The notes under the pieces were generated by a model. That model was not told the DNA's origin. It was given only the letters and a program-made list of their open reading frames with translations, and did no database searches. Positions 1 to 9,297 of a stretch of DNA of 64,000 nt are shown piece by piece. Within the stretch, counting starts at the first letter, position 1; each line of letters starts with the position of its first letter. The position numbers and the translations under genes are program-made. This DNA is from an uncultured virus (IMG/VR IMGVR_UViG_3300021138_000020) (taxonomy: Duplodnaviria; Heunggongvirae; Uroviricota; Caudoviricetes): IMG/VR virus record IMGVR_UViG_3300021138_000020; one strand, 5' to 3'.

Positions 1-1
1 G

Positions 2-919
2 ATCAACGAAGTCATCACAGGCGAATACAACCACATCGGCAAAAGCATCATTTATGGAGACACTGACTCCGCTTACTTCAGCGCCTATACATCCTTGAAG
101 AACGAGATCACCAAGGGACAAATTCCTTGGGACAAAGATACTGTTATTCAATTGTATGATACCATTGCCGCCGAAGTGAATAGCACATTCCCGCAGTTTA
201 TGCTAGATGCTCATCATTGTCCAAAGAGTCGTGGTGATGTTATCAAAGCAGGTCGCGAAATTGTTGCTATCAAAGGCTTGTTCATTACCAAGAAGCGTTA
301 TGCTGTTCTGTATTATGACAAGGAAGGCAAACGATCAGATGTAGACGGCAAGCCAGGTAAGATTAAGGCCATGGGCTTAGATTTGAAACGATCAGACACT
401 CCTGAATTTATGCAGAAGTTCTTGGAAGAAATTCTAACCAAGGTGCTGAATGGTTCAGGTGAAAAAGAAATTCTAGATCGTATTAGTGAATTTAGAACAG
501 AGTTTAAAGCCCGACCAGGTTGGGAGAAAGGATCACCAAAACGTGCAAACAACATTACTGAATACCAAGAAAAAGAGAAGAAGTTTGGCAAGGCTAATAT
601 GCCTGGTCACGTTAGAGCAAGTATTAATTGGAATACGCTCCGCAGAATGAATGGTGACAAGTATTCTATGCAGATTACAGACGGTGCTAAAGTCATTGTC
701 TGTAAGGTCAAGGCAAATCCACTGGGGTATACTAGTATTGCTTATCCTGTAGATGAGTTGAGATTGCCTAAATGGTTCCAAGAACTTCCATTCGATCATC
801 ACGAAATGGAAGCAACTATTATTAACAATAAGATTGAAAATTTAATCGGTGTACTAGAATGGGATTTGAGTAGCAATACTGAAACTAATACTTTTGCATC
901 ATTGTTCTCATTTGAATAA
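2..919 (+). CDS. Family B DNA polymerase, C-terminal part (5'-truncated by window edge)
   Basis: The frame is open from position 2 (INEVITGEYNHIGKSIIYGDTDSAY), giving PolB motif C YGDTDS, then KKRY and KAMGLDLKRSD. T4 gp43-like. Confidence 0.95.
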   Translation: MNEVITGEYNHIGKSIIYGDTDSAYFSAYTSLKNEITKGQIPWDKDTVIQLYDTIAAEVNSTFPQFMLDAHHCPKSRGDVIKAGREIVAIKGLFITKKRYAVLYYDKEGKRSDVDGKPGKIKAMGLDLKRSDTPEFMQKFLEEILTKVLNGSGEKEILDRISEFRTEFKARPGWEKGSPKRANNITEYQEKEKKFGKANMPGHVRASINWNTLRRMNGDKYSMQITDGAKVIVCKVKANPLGYTSIAYPVDELRLPKWFQELPFDHHEMEATIINNKIENLIGVLEWDLSSNTETNTFASLFSFE

Positions 920-927
920 GGAAATAT

Positions 928-1515
928 ATGAACAAAATGACTCGTAGCGAATCGCCATTAATTGTACTAGTAGATAACTTTTTAACCCAAGATCAATTAA
1001 ATGACATAGGGTTTGAAAACGTTCCTTTTAAAAATAGCGAAGGATTTATGTTTGATTCAGGCAAAAGCGATCTAACTGAATCTAGAACTAGTAGTACCTA
1101 TTTTGACTATAGACCAGAAACTGAATTTGTATATCCTATAGCAATAGAATTTTTAAAAGAATACTTTCCGGATGTAGAGGAAGATCAATTAGAAAAAATG
1201 CAAATTACAAGGTACACAGAAGACCAAATGTATGTACCGCACTGGGATTATTTTAATGTTCCCGGATTTGAAAATACAACAGAAAACGATCGCCGTGGTA
1301 CACTAATCATTTACCTCAACGATGACTTCGGGGGCGGCACTACACATTTTCCTAAACTAGGGATACATATACATCCTAGAGCAGGATCTGCTGTGTTTTT
1401 TAGATACGATTATAGCCCAGCCGAAAATCAAGAAACACTGCACAGCGGAGAACCAGTGAGTAAAGGTACAAAATATATCATTACTATTTGGATTAGAAAT
1501 AAAAAATATGTTTGA
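928..1515 (+). CDS. 2OG-Fe(II) oxygenase, prolyl 4-hydroxylase-like
   Basis: RTSS, HxD (HWD), TLIIYLND-GGGTTHFP, distal His (LHSGEPV) and KY..WIR. SD AAGGA. Confidence 0.88.
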   Translation: MNKMTRSESPLIVLVDNFLTQDQLNDIGFENVPFKNSEGFMFDSGKSDLTESRTSSTYFDYRPETEFVYPIAIEFLKEYFPDVEEDQLEKMQITRYTEDQMYVPHWDYFNVPGFENTTENDRRGTLIIYLNDDFGGGTTHFPKLGIHIHPRAGSAVFFRYDYSPAENQETLHSGEPVSKGTKYIITIWIRNKKYV

Positions 1516-1527
1516 ACAAAATATTTG

Positions 1528-1556
1528 TTGACATTACCCACAAACCTAAATAAACT
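1528..1556 (+). promoter_or_regulatory. Sigma70-type promoter overlapping a TAAATA late-type motif (1547-1552)
   Basis: TTGACA-17 nt-TAAACT upstream of the 1575 gene. Confidence 0.7.
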
Positions 1557-1574
1557 TAAACAAAGGAAATTATC

Positions 1575-2309
1575 ATGAAAGACATTTTACAAGACATCGT
1601 TGCACATACAAACAAATTAGGATTCTTAAACATCGTTAAGGTCACTGGCACAGAAGATAAGACTCTTATCGATTCTATGGCAGACGACAAGTCTGTTATC
1701 ATGTATGCTGAAACTGCTAACCCATACCCACAAATGATCGGTACCTTCGGTATGCCACAATTAGAAAAACTACGCTATCTTGTAGATGGTAAAGAATATC
1801 AAGAAGATGCCAAGATCGAAGTAGTCACAGGTGATCGCAATGGCGATATTATTCCTGTAGGATTGCACTTTGAAAACAAAGACGGCGACTTCAAGAACGA
1901 CTATCGTTTTATGAATCAAGCAATCATCGAAGAAAAACTTAAAACCGTTAAGTTCCGCGGAGTTAACTGGCACGTCGAAGTTAATCCAACTGTTGCTTCT
2001 ATCCAACGTTTTAATTTCCAAGCAGGTGCTAACACAGAACACACAACATTCTTGGCCAAGACTGATGGCGATAAGTTAGTATTTGTTTTCGGCGATCAAA
2101 GCAGCCACGGTGGTGAGTTTGTGTTTGCCACAGGTATCACTGGCAAGATTACCAAAGCATGGACATGGCCTGTTAATGCAGTATTGAGCATCTTGAAGAT
2201 TGCCGATGCTAACAATACCACAATGAGTTTCAGCAACGACGGCGCTATGCAGATCACATTAGACAGCGGTCTAGCAACCTATAAGTATATCATTCCAGCA
2301 CAGGCTTAA
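1575..2309 (+). CDS. Probable sliding clamp (gp45-like)
   Basis: 244 aa, near the polymerase, clamp-like C-terminus (VLSILKI...MQITLDSGLATYKYIIPA). No diagnostic motif. Confidence 0.5.
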   Translation: MKDILQDIVAHTNKLGFLNIVKVTGTEDKTLIDSMADDKSVIMYAETANPYPQMIGTFGMPQLEKLRYLVDGKEYQEDAKIEVVTGDRNGDIIPVGLHFENKDGDFKNDYRFMNQAIIEEKLKTVKFRGVNWHVEVNPTVASIQRFNFQAGANTEHTTFLAKTDGDKLVFVFGDQSSHGGEFVFATGITGKITKAWTWPVNAVLSILKIADANNTTMSFSNDGAMQITLDSGLATYKYIIPAQA

Positions 2310-2310
2310 T

Positions 2311-2685
2311 ATGAACAACGGCATAGCCTCTTATGGAAAATATATACATATAAATCCAGGATATGTGTCTAATCCCTATATTAATATGAGCAATATGTCT
2401 GCGGGGATGGTACGATATAATGGAAATAGTTCAAAATTTGAAGTATATGACGGTAGTGCCTGGTTATCAATAATTGATTCTATTCCACAAATAGGCCTAA
2501 ATAATCTCGCCGAAGAAGCAATAGATTGGGCCCGTAAACGCATAGAAGAAGAACGTGAATGGGAGAATAGCGATCATCCTGCTATTCAAGCCGCTGTAGA
2601 AAATCTACGCAAGGCTAGACAACAGGTAAAGATTACTGCTATACTAGCAGAACAAGAAGAAAACAATGACAAGACCACCAGTTAA
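2311..2685 (+). CDS. Hypothetical protein
   Basis: Tightly packed ORF with a GMVRYN..FEVYDGSAW motif. Confidence 0.7.
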   Translation: MNNGIASYGKYIHINPGYVSNPYINMSNMSAGMVRYNGNSSKFEVYDGSAWLSIIDSIPQIGLNNLAEEAIDWARKRIEEEREWENSDHPAIQAAVENLRKARQQVKITAILAEQEENNDKTTS

Positions 2686-4216
2686 TTTAACACCACTACA
2701 GAAAGATTATGCAGTTTATTTGCCTGCTATCAGTTCGTTCTACAGCACCTATATTGCTAAACAACGATTAGAAAAGTTTATCCCCGACGATCGAGTTCCT
2801 GCAGGATTTGATCGCGGTATTGAAGGTATGAACTTTTTAAATCCCGAACAAGGATACTTTACCTACAAGTATGGATTGTATTCAGCAGGTCATGCACAAT
2901 TAGATCTTAAGAAATCAATGGTTCAAGAATCAATGATTCAACAACGCGATCGTTCTAATACAATGATCTTAGGTGACTCAGGCGGATACCAGATTGGTAA
3001 AGGTGTTCTACAATTTGACTGGAAAGACTTTGAAGGACCAAAGGCAGACGCAGTACGCAGAAGTATTCTAGAGTGGTTGGAACAAACTGCTGACTGGTCA
3101 ATGATGCTAGACGTTCCTACTTGGGCTTGCGATCACATCCATAGTCCAAAGACAGGATTGAAAACTTTTGAAGATTGTCTAGACAAGACTCGTTATAACA
3201 ACGACTTTTTCTTGATGAATCGGTCAGGTCAAACCAAGTGGCTGAATGTGCTACAAGGTGGTAACTGGGATACTGCAGAGAAATGGTATCAGGGTGTAAA
3301 AGAATTTAGTGATCCAAATGGCAAATACGCTGGCAGAGAAGCAGAAGGTTGGGCCTTTGGTGGTGCTAATATGTGTAAAATGGATATTACTCTTAAGCGT
3401 CTAATGACTCTTAGAGAAGATGGTTTGCTGAAGGGCAAAAACTGGATCCACTTCTTGGGTACAGCGCAACTTGACTGGAGTTGTTACTTAACTTTAATTC
3501 AAAGACAAATCAGGAAACACATCAATGAAGAAATTACCATATCTTTTGACTGCGCCTCACCGTTTATCGCAACAGCACACGGACTTGTCTACACCAACTC
3601 CCAACACACACCGAAACGTTGGAGTGTTATTATGGACAAGGCCCCAGACAACAAAGCACTTGCCAAATCAGATATTCCCTTCCCATGGGAAAGCGAAATC
3701 GGCCGCAGGTTAACACTAGGTGACATTTGTCATTATGCTCCAGGCATGTTGAACAAGATTGGCAAAGAAGGTCGCACATCGTGGGATAGTTTTGCCTATG
3801 CTCTAATGATGGGTCATAATGTATATCAACACATTGTTGCTGTACAACGTGCTCAACAATTGATGGACATTGAAATTGCCAAGACCAAAGACAAGATCAA
3901 CTGGCGTGCTTGGAAGAAGGTCAAGGCTCAGGATATGAGCGATGAATATTCAGACTGGGTTCCTCGCAATATTCTATACTTTGCTGATTTTATCGAGGAC
4001 CTGTTCAACACCAAGACCAAGGACGAAGCATTTGCAATGATCGAAGAAAAGAAATATTTCTTAAAAGCATTAGAAGGTTCTAGGCTTCAAGGCGGACCTG
4101 CTGATAATGTGTTTCATAACTTGTTTGATGTTGTAGAGAAAGAACAAAACGAAATCGACTTTAGTAATCCAGATGATGATGAATTACGCAAACTTGCAGA
4201 TGAATTAGGAGAATAA
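2666..4216 (+). CDS. dpdA: TGT-fold 7-deazaguanine transglycosylase-like protein (DpdA family)
   Basis: TGT motifs GDSGGYQ, MMLDVP, NVLQG, GWAFGG, IHFLG and SFD(C)ASP; clustered with QueD-like and QueE genes. Confidence 0.8.
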   Translation: MTRPPVNLTPLQKDYAVYLPAISSFYSTYIAKQRLEKFIPDDRVPAGFDRGIEGMNFLNPEQGYFTYKYGLYSAGHAQLDLKKSMVQESMIQQRDRSNTMILGDSGGYQIGKGVLQFDWKDFEGPKADAVRRSILEWLEQTADWSMMLDVPTWACDHIHSPKTGLKTFEDCLDKTRYNNDFFLMNRSGQTKWLNVLQGGNWDTAEKWYQGVKEFSDPNGKYAGREAEGWAFGGANMCKMDITLKRLMTLREDGLLKGKNWIHFLGTAQLDWSCYLTLIQRQIRKHINEEITISFDCASPFIATAHGLVYTNSQHTPKRWSVIMDKAPDNKALAKSDIPFPWESEIGRRLTLGDICHYAPGMLNKIGKEGRTSWDSFAYALMMGHNVYQHIVAVQRAQQLMDIEIAKTKDKINWRAWKKVKAQDMSDEYSDWVPRNILYFADFIEDLFNTKTKDEAFAMIEEKKYFLKALEGSRLQGGPADNVFHNLFDVVEKEQNEIDFSNPDDDELRKLADELGE

Positions 4217-4220
4217 TTAT

Positions 4221-4514
4221 ATGGCACGAAAAAAGAAAACAGACATTATTGAATCTGCCGAAGTAGCAGAATCAATTAAACCAAAAACTACAAGGGCTAA
4301 AAAGATTGCCGAACAGGTTATCGAAAAGGCCATGGCAAAACCTACTGTAGTTGTCGGTAGTCATTTGACTGTTACTACACATCCCAATGGCCGCACTGAA
4401 TTGAAGTGGGACGATGAAGCTTTGCTCAGAGATGTAAAAGCCGCTCTGCTAAAAGCAGAAAGTGTTCTCCCTGTTGCAGAAGCTAAACCAAAACGTACTC
4501 GTAAAAAAGCCTAA
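4221..4514 (+). CDS. Hypothetical basic protein
   Basis: SD AGGAG; Lys-rich ORF. Confidence 0.7.
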   Translation: MARKKKTDIIESAEVAESIKPKTTRAKKIAEQVIEKAMAKPTVVVGSHLTVTTHPNGRTELKWDDEALLRDVKAALLKAESVLPVAEAKPKRTRKKA

Positions 4515-4531
4515 TTTGGTAATAATCAGTG

Positions 4532-4560
4532 TTGCTCAACTTTAATTTTTATTGTATACT
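4532..4560 (+). promoter_or_regulatory. Sigma70-type promoter; predicted +1 falls near the ATG at 4567 (leaderless)
   Basis: TTGCTC-17 nt-TATACT, with ATG 7 nt downstream and no SD. Confidence 0.55.
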
Positions 4561-4566
4561 TATAGC

Positions 4567-5109
4567 ATGAAACGAGATTACGATACAGGCAAAAGCAGTA
4601 CGGTAGAATTCTTCGTCGGCAACGAAGTCGAACATACGCCTGCATTTGGCAAGTTCACACTATTTGTTGTAGGTGTACAACCAATTGAAGAAATTAAACG
4701 CAGATTAGATGATGCCGCAGAATACTTAGACGAGTCTAGACATATCAATCACATTTTCTTCGGTGCCAATCATAGTTTTAATCCACAGAATAATCTAGAT
4801 TGGCAACGTTGGGAAAGTATGATTCAATATTTTCTAGACCTAGGGTATTTGTGTAGTCTAGATATTCCAATAAGTGCTGTAGAGCAGTTTAATGAAACTG
4901 GCTTAAACGAGCGTGATAACTTTATTCCGCAAATTCGTGTGCCAATTCCTTACATTCGACAATGGAATTACAACACAATGATTAAAATCGACGACAAAGA
5001 TTTTAAAGCAACTAACCCCGGTGTTTGGTCACACTATCTACATGATCTTCAAAATCATGATAGATTCACTGATTGGGCACAATATAAAAACGATAAGATT
5101 AGCAAATGA
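4567..5109 (+). CDS. Hypothetical protein within the deazaguanine cluster
   Basis: FFVGNEVEHTP, HIFFGANHSF and TNPGVW segments; ATGA overlap with the next gene. Confidence 0.75.
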   Translation: MKRDYDTGKSSTVEFFVGNEVEHTPAFGKFTLFVVGVQPIEEIKRRLDDAAEYLDESRHINHIFFGANHSFNPQNNLDWQRWESMIQYFLDLGYLCSLDIPISAVEQFNETGLNERDNFIPQIRVPIPYIRQWNYNTMIKIDDKDFKATNPGVWSHYLHDLQNHDRFTDWAQYKNDKISK

Positions 5110-5474
5110 CCACTAATACATATATCAAAGTTAGAACAGAATTTGAAGGATTCCACTTTTATCCTAATGCAGGTAAGATTGATCCTCGCATCGAATTCTT
5201 AGAACATGAACATCGCCATATGTTCAAGGTTGAAGTTAAAATCTCTGTCACGCATTTGGATCGTGAACTAGAGTTCTTCCTTGTCAAATGGGCACTACAA
5301 GATTTCATCCGAGCAGGCAATCAGAATCATAAAAGTTGTGAAATGATTGGAACAGATATTTTGCAAAACCATCTTATTCCTACATACGGAGAACGATATT
5401 ACGAGATCGTTGTTTCCGAAGATGGCGAGTCAGACGGTATTGTAGAATATAACCCAAAACCAACTTTTCATTAA
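5106..5474 (+). CDS. QueD-like T-fold protein with DpdL-type motif (putative CDG decarboxylase)
   Basis: FEGFH, LEHEHRHMF (LxxxHRHxF instead of QueD CxxxHGH), SCEMI, VSED. Confidence 0.75.
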   Translation: MTTNTYIKVRTEFEGFHFYPNAGKIDPRIEFLEHEHRHMFKVEVKISVTHLDRELEFFLVKWALQDFIRAGNQNHKSCEMIGTDILQNHLIPTYGERYYEIVVSEDGESDGIVEYNPKPTFH

Positions 5475-5497
5475 CTCCTAACTAAAGGAAAAACACC

Positions 5498-5722
5498 ATG
5501 GCAAATATCCCTGCCTACATTCAAAAAACTCTTAAGATGAAACCAGAAGTCGAACGAGTGTTCGACGACTTGGATCGGTGGCTCGACCACTGCCGTTTCA
5601 ACCTTATCAAGTACGATGAAAAGGACATGTACCGCAGTCCCGAGTATCGTCGGTTCCAACAGGAACAAGAGTACTTGGAACGTAAAGCCCGTCGTGAAGC
5701 ACGAGCACGCCAGGAAGCATAA
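5498..5722 (+). CDS. Small hypothetical protein
   Basis: SD AAGGA; fills the gap and abuts the next gene. Confidence 0.7.
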   Translation: MANIPAYIQKTLKMKPEVERVFDDLDRWLDHCRFNLIKYDEKDMYRSPEYRRFQQEQEYLERKARREARARQEA

Positions 5723-6823
5723 ATGGCTAATGTATTCATCGTCGATATAGAGGCGGTGGAGAGTAGGTACACGGGACAATGGCAGTCCCATGTACCTTAT
5801 CTACTTGCAAAGGAAGATCACAATGTTCAAATTATCTCTGGCCCTAAAGACATTCCTAGTGCCACTACTCCTGGCGCCTTTCTTAATTTTGGCGGCACTA
5901 ATATCTACAAGTCTGCTCAAGTTGAACAGATGGGTCGTTTATTTTGCTCCGGAGCAGTTAAGCCTGGCGATCATTTTCTGTTTACTGACGCTTGGCATCC
6001 TGGCATCATAAACTTAAAGTATATGAGTGAGCTGTTGCAGATTCCTGTAACAACACACGGCTTGTGGCATGCTGGTAGTTATGATCCTCAAGACTTTCTC
6101 GGCCGCTTAGTCGGCAATAAGCCTTGGGTAAGACACGCTGAAAAGAGTTTCTTCCATGCGTTTGATCATAACTACTTTGCCACTGACTTTCATATTAAGA
6201 TGTTTGTCACTAATCTGTTTAACGATTATCCATCAGAAAATCCGTGGTTGGAAGAAGACTTAAAAGATATCATTGCCGGGGAAGATCCTAGATTTGTTCG
6301 CACTGGCTGGCCTATGGAGTATATGGACGAACTGCTTGGCGGTGGCGGTCCGTATGCCAAGGATGACCTAATCTTATTCCCACATCGTATTGCTCCAGAA
6401 AAGCAAGTAGAGATTTTCCGTGATCTAGCCAAGCATTTGCCACAATATGAATTTGTTGTTTGTCAAGATCAACCTCTGACCAAACACGAATACCATACAT
6501 TGTTGAAACGAGCAAAGATTGTGTTCAGTGCTAATCTACAGGAAACACTGGGTATTAGTTGCTACGAAGGTGCTATGGTAGATGCTATCCCTATGGTGCC
6601 AGATCGGTTGTCGTATACAGAAATGTATTACAGCGGATTCAAGTATCCTAGTGAGTGGACAGAAAGTTTCGAAGCCTACGAAGCTCACAGGCAAGAATTG
6701 TGTACATTAATTATTCAAACTATGAATTTTTATAATCAACAAGTGCCGCAGGTTAAGAAACAAGCTAAAGATTTAACTGAACAGTTTTTTAGTGCAACTA
6801 ACTTATTGAAAAATTTAAAATGA
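5723..6823 (+). CDS. GT-B fold glycosyltransferase
   Basis: FPHRIAPEKQ and ETLGISCYEG (E-x7-E type) motifs, followed by PDRLSYTEM. Confidence 0.8.
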   Translation: MANVFIVDIEAVESRYTGQWQSHVPYLLAKEDHNVQIISGPKDIPSATTPGAFLNFGGTNIYKSAQVEQMGRLFCSGAVKPGDHFLFTDAWHPGIINLKYMSELLQIPVTTHGLWHAGSYDPQDFLGRLVGNKPWVRHAEKSFFHAFDHNYFATDFHIKMFVTNLFNDYPSENPWLEEDLKDIIAGEDPRFVRTGWPMEYMDELLGGGGPYAKDDLILFPHRIAPEKQVEIFRDLAKHLPQYEFVVCQDQPLTKHEYHTLLKRAKIVFSANLQETLGISCYEGAMVDAIPMVPDRLSYTEMYYSGFKYPSEWTESFEAYEAHRQELCTLIIQTMNFYNQQVPQVKKQAKDLTEQFFSATNLLKNLK

Positions 6824-7281
6824 AATTCCTTTTAAACTTCTTGGATAAAATTGGTCGTCGGCGTATTATTATGGATCGAGAAGAAAATGAACCATATCTA
6901 GAACGCTATTATGTTTTCCTTAAAGATCGCAAAGCATTTCCGTTTAATATCTTTATCCATAAGTTTTTAAAGAGTGACCCCGATGATGTTCATGATCATC
7001 CGTGGCCCTATGCCACACTTATTTTACGGGGTGGCTATTATGAATGGGTTCCAAAATTTAATAGCCTAGGAGAAAAAATTGGAGAAATTCGTCATTGGCG
7101 TGGGCCTGGTCATTTTCGTATTTGCCGACCTACTTCATACCATCGCATTGAATTGGATCCCAATGTAACAGCATGGACCTGCTTTATGCCCGGGCCGCAA
7201 CGGCGTGAATGGGGATTTTTAGTCAACAACAAGTGGATTCATAATGAACAATACCTTACAGATCGAGCAAACAATGGATAA
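6820..7281 (+). CDS. Cupin-fold protein
   Basis: HDHPW...ILRGGYYE and YHRIEL metal-binding cupin motifs. Confidence 0.7.
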   Translation: MKFLLNFLDKIGRRRIIMDREENEPYLERYYVFLKDRKAFPFNIFIHKFLKSDPDDVHDHPWPYATLILRGGYYEWVPKFNSLGEKIGEIRHWRGPGHFRICRPTSYHRIELDPNVTAWTCFMPGPQRREWGFLVNNKWIHNEQYLTDRANNG

Positions 7282-7552
7282 GAGAACCAAAGAAGTAATG
7301 GACATTCTACAAGAAGAATGTGCAGAAGTAATCCAAGCTATTAGTAAAATTAGTCGCTTCGGCCTAAATAATTTCAAGCCTGGCAAACCAAAAACAAACA
7401 AAGAACACCTAGAAGAAGAGTTAGGCGATGTACTCGCAATGATTGACATTCTACATGAGTTGGATGTAATATCATATCATAACTTAAAAGCCGCTACTGC
7501 TGCTAAAAAAGAAAAACTAAAGAAATGGTCTAATATATATGAGCAAGATTAA
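7274..7552 (+). CDS. MazG-like nucleotide pyrophosphohydrolase
   Basis: LQEECAEVIQA...LEEELGDVL all-alpha NTP-PPase motif. Confidence 0.85.
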   Translation: MDKRTKEVMDILQEECAEVIQAISKISRFGLNNFKPGKPKTNKEHLEEELGDVLAMIDILHELDVISYHNLKAATAAKKEKLKKWSNIYEQD

Positions 7553-8387
7553 AATCGCAGAATTATTTTACAGCATTCAGGGAGAAGGCCGGTATATGGG
7601 AGTTCCCAGTGTATTCCTTCGTACATTCGGCTGTAATTTCCGCTGTGCAGGATTTGGTATGCCTCGTGGAGAGATGAGCACAGAAGCAGAAGAACTTGCT
7701 CAAGTGTCTCATATGTTTACAAAATATGAAGATTTGCCGCTAGTGTCAACTGGTTGTGATAGTTACGCTAGTTGGCATCCTGACTTCAAGGACTTGAGTC
7801 CTATGCTTACATCAGATGCCATTGCCAATCGCATTATGGAAATTATTCCACACGGTGAATGGAAAGATGAACATCTTGTTATTACAGGTGGAGAACCTTT
7901 GCTAGGTTGGCAACGAGCTTATCCAGACTTGCTAGATCATCCTAAGATGGCGGGTCTTAAAGAAATTACATTTGAAACAAATGGCACTCAGCAGTTAACT
8001 CCTGAGTTTAGAGAATACTTACACAATTGGGTAGGTAATGGGTTTGATAACGAAATTACATTTTCAGTAAGTGCTAAATTGCCAGCAAGTGGTGAAAAGT
8101 GGGAAGATGCCATTAAGCCCGAGATTGTTTGTACATACGAAGAAGTCGGAACAACATATTTGAAATTAGTAGTAGCAACAGAAGAGGATATTAAAGATGC
8201 AGAACGAGCAGTTAACGAATTTAGAAAAGCGGGCTTTACAGGTCACGTATACCTTATGCCTGTTGGCGGTGTTGAGTCTGTGTACACTCTCAATGCTAGA
8301 TCTGTTTCCCTTGCCGCAATGAAGCGAGGCTGGCGTTACAGTGATCGACTACAAGTGCCATTGTTCAAGAACGAGTGGGGCACTTAA
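7539..8387 (+). CDS. queE: 7-carboxy-7-deazaguanine synthase (radical SAM)
   Basis: ELFYSIQGEG, FLRTFGCN, GCDS, VITGGEP, FETNGT, SVSAKL, RYSDRLQ. Confidence 0.9.
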   Translation: MSKIKIAELFYSIQGEGRYMGVPSVFLRTFGCNFRCAGFGMPRGEMSTEAEELAQVSHMFTKYEDLPLVSTGCDSYASWHPDFKDLSPMLTSDAIANRIMEIIPHGEWKDEHLVITGGEPLLGWQRAYPDLLDHPKMAGLKEITFETNGTQQLTPEFREYLHNWVGNGFDNEITFSVSAKLPASGEKWEDAIKPEIVCTYEEVGTTYLKLVVATEEDIKDAERAVNEFRKAGFTGHVYLMPVGGVESVYTLNARSVSLAAMKRGWRYSDRLQVPLFKNEWGT

Positions 8388-8635
8388 TGTCCGAACCGTT
8401 GCTGGCTCCAAAGTTTCTAAAGGTGTATATGTTGTTAAAACAATCACCTAACTTCTATCTGTATCCTACAGGTACGGCTAGTCCTGGCGGCGGAGCGACT
8501 GGGTTTTATTTTACTCGAGAGGAAGCAGAAAAATATAGAACAATGGAACTACTGGTTGCTAGTGCTACCGATAGTAAAGACAAGTTCCATATATTTGAGT
8601 TAGATATTCCAAATCCGGCATACGAAGGCAAATGA
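8387..8635 (+). CDS. Hypothetical protein
   Basis: TAATG coupling with queE. Confidence 0.6.
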   Translation: MSEPLLAPKFLKVYMLLKQSPNFYLYPTGTASPGGGATGFYFTREEAEKYRTMELLVASATDSKDKFHIFELDIPNPAYEGK

Positions 8636-8868
8636 TGTTTGGTAAGAATTATAATGATACAACATCAGATGACCTATGGTTTTACAAAACCGCAAGTGTT
8701 GAATACAAATTTGCAGTTTTTCCTAAACGCTGTGCTTTAACAGGAAAAAGAATTTGGTTAGAAAAGGGCTATAAATTTACTAAAATGATTACTGGCCCGG
8801 GTGATCCTATATACCTATATAGGTGGCACAACAAACACGAACATTTAATTTGGCAATTAAAAAGGTAA
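8632..8868 (+). CDS. Hypothetical protein
   Basis: ATGA overlap; FAVFPKRC...GKRIWL. Confidence 0.65.
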   Translation: MMFGKNYNDTTSDDLWFYKTASVEYKFAVFPKRCALTGKRIWLEKGYKFTKMITGPGDPIYLYRWHNKHEHLIWQLKR

Positions 8869-8871
8869 ACT

Positions 8872-9297
8872 ATGAAAAATTTTATTAAGAAGGCGCTAGG
8901 CCTAGACAAACTCGAACAAGAAGCTCATGCTGCTAAAAAAGCCGCAGAAGAAATGGCTGGTAAAATTAAAGAGGCCGAAGCCAAATTAATCGAAAAAGCT
9001 AAAACTCCAAAAGAGATTGCCACCGAAGCCAAAGAGCCTTGGGTAGCTGTAATGGATACTCATGTTAATAAAGATAATCTACGCAATGGATTCTTTGAGC
9101 TTGACTGGAACGAGTATTTTGTAGTACAATTACGTAGTGCTGGTTATACCGGTGATACTGACGAAGAAGTTGTTGATCAATGGTTCACCGAACTATGTCG
9201 CAATGTCGGCGGTGAAGAAGGTGTTGATATGAGCCGCCGCGGTGCGGGTTATGTCAATCGTGCATTACGTGATGATGGAAAAACTGAGGTTTATTAA
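8872..9297 (+). CDS. Hypothetical protein
   Basis: EPWVAV...GFFELDWN segment; coupled to the next gene. Confidence 0.75.
   Translation: MKNFIKKALGLDKLEQEAHAAKKAAEEMAGKIKEAEAKLIEKAKTPKEIATEAKEPWVAVMDTHVNKDNLRNGFFELDWNEYFVVQLRSAGYTGDTDEEVVDQWFTELCRNVGGEEGVDMSRRGAGYVNRALRDDGKTEVY

Noticed and set aside
2666..4216. Ordinary tRNA-modifying Tgt
   Set aside because: It lacks the C-terminal CxCxxC zinc site of bacterial Tgt, is longer, and lies in a phage replication cluster, so a DNA- or nucleotide-directed role is more likely, though untested
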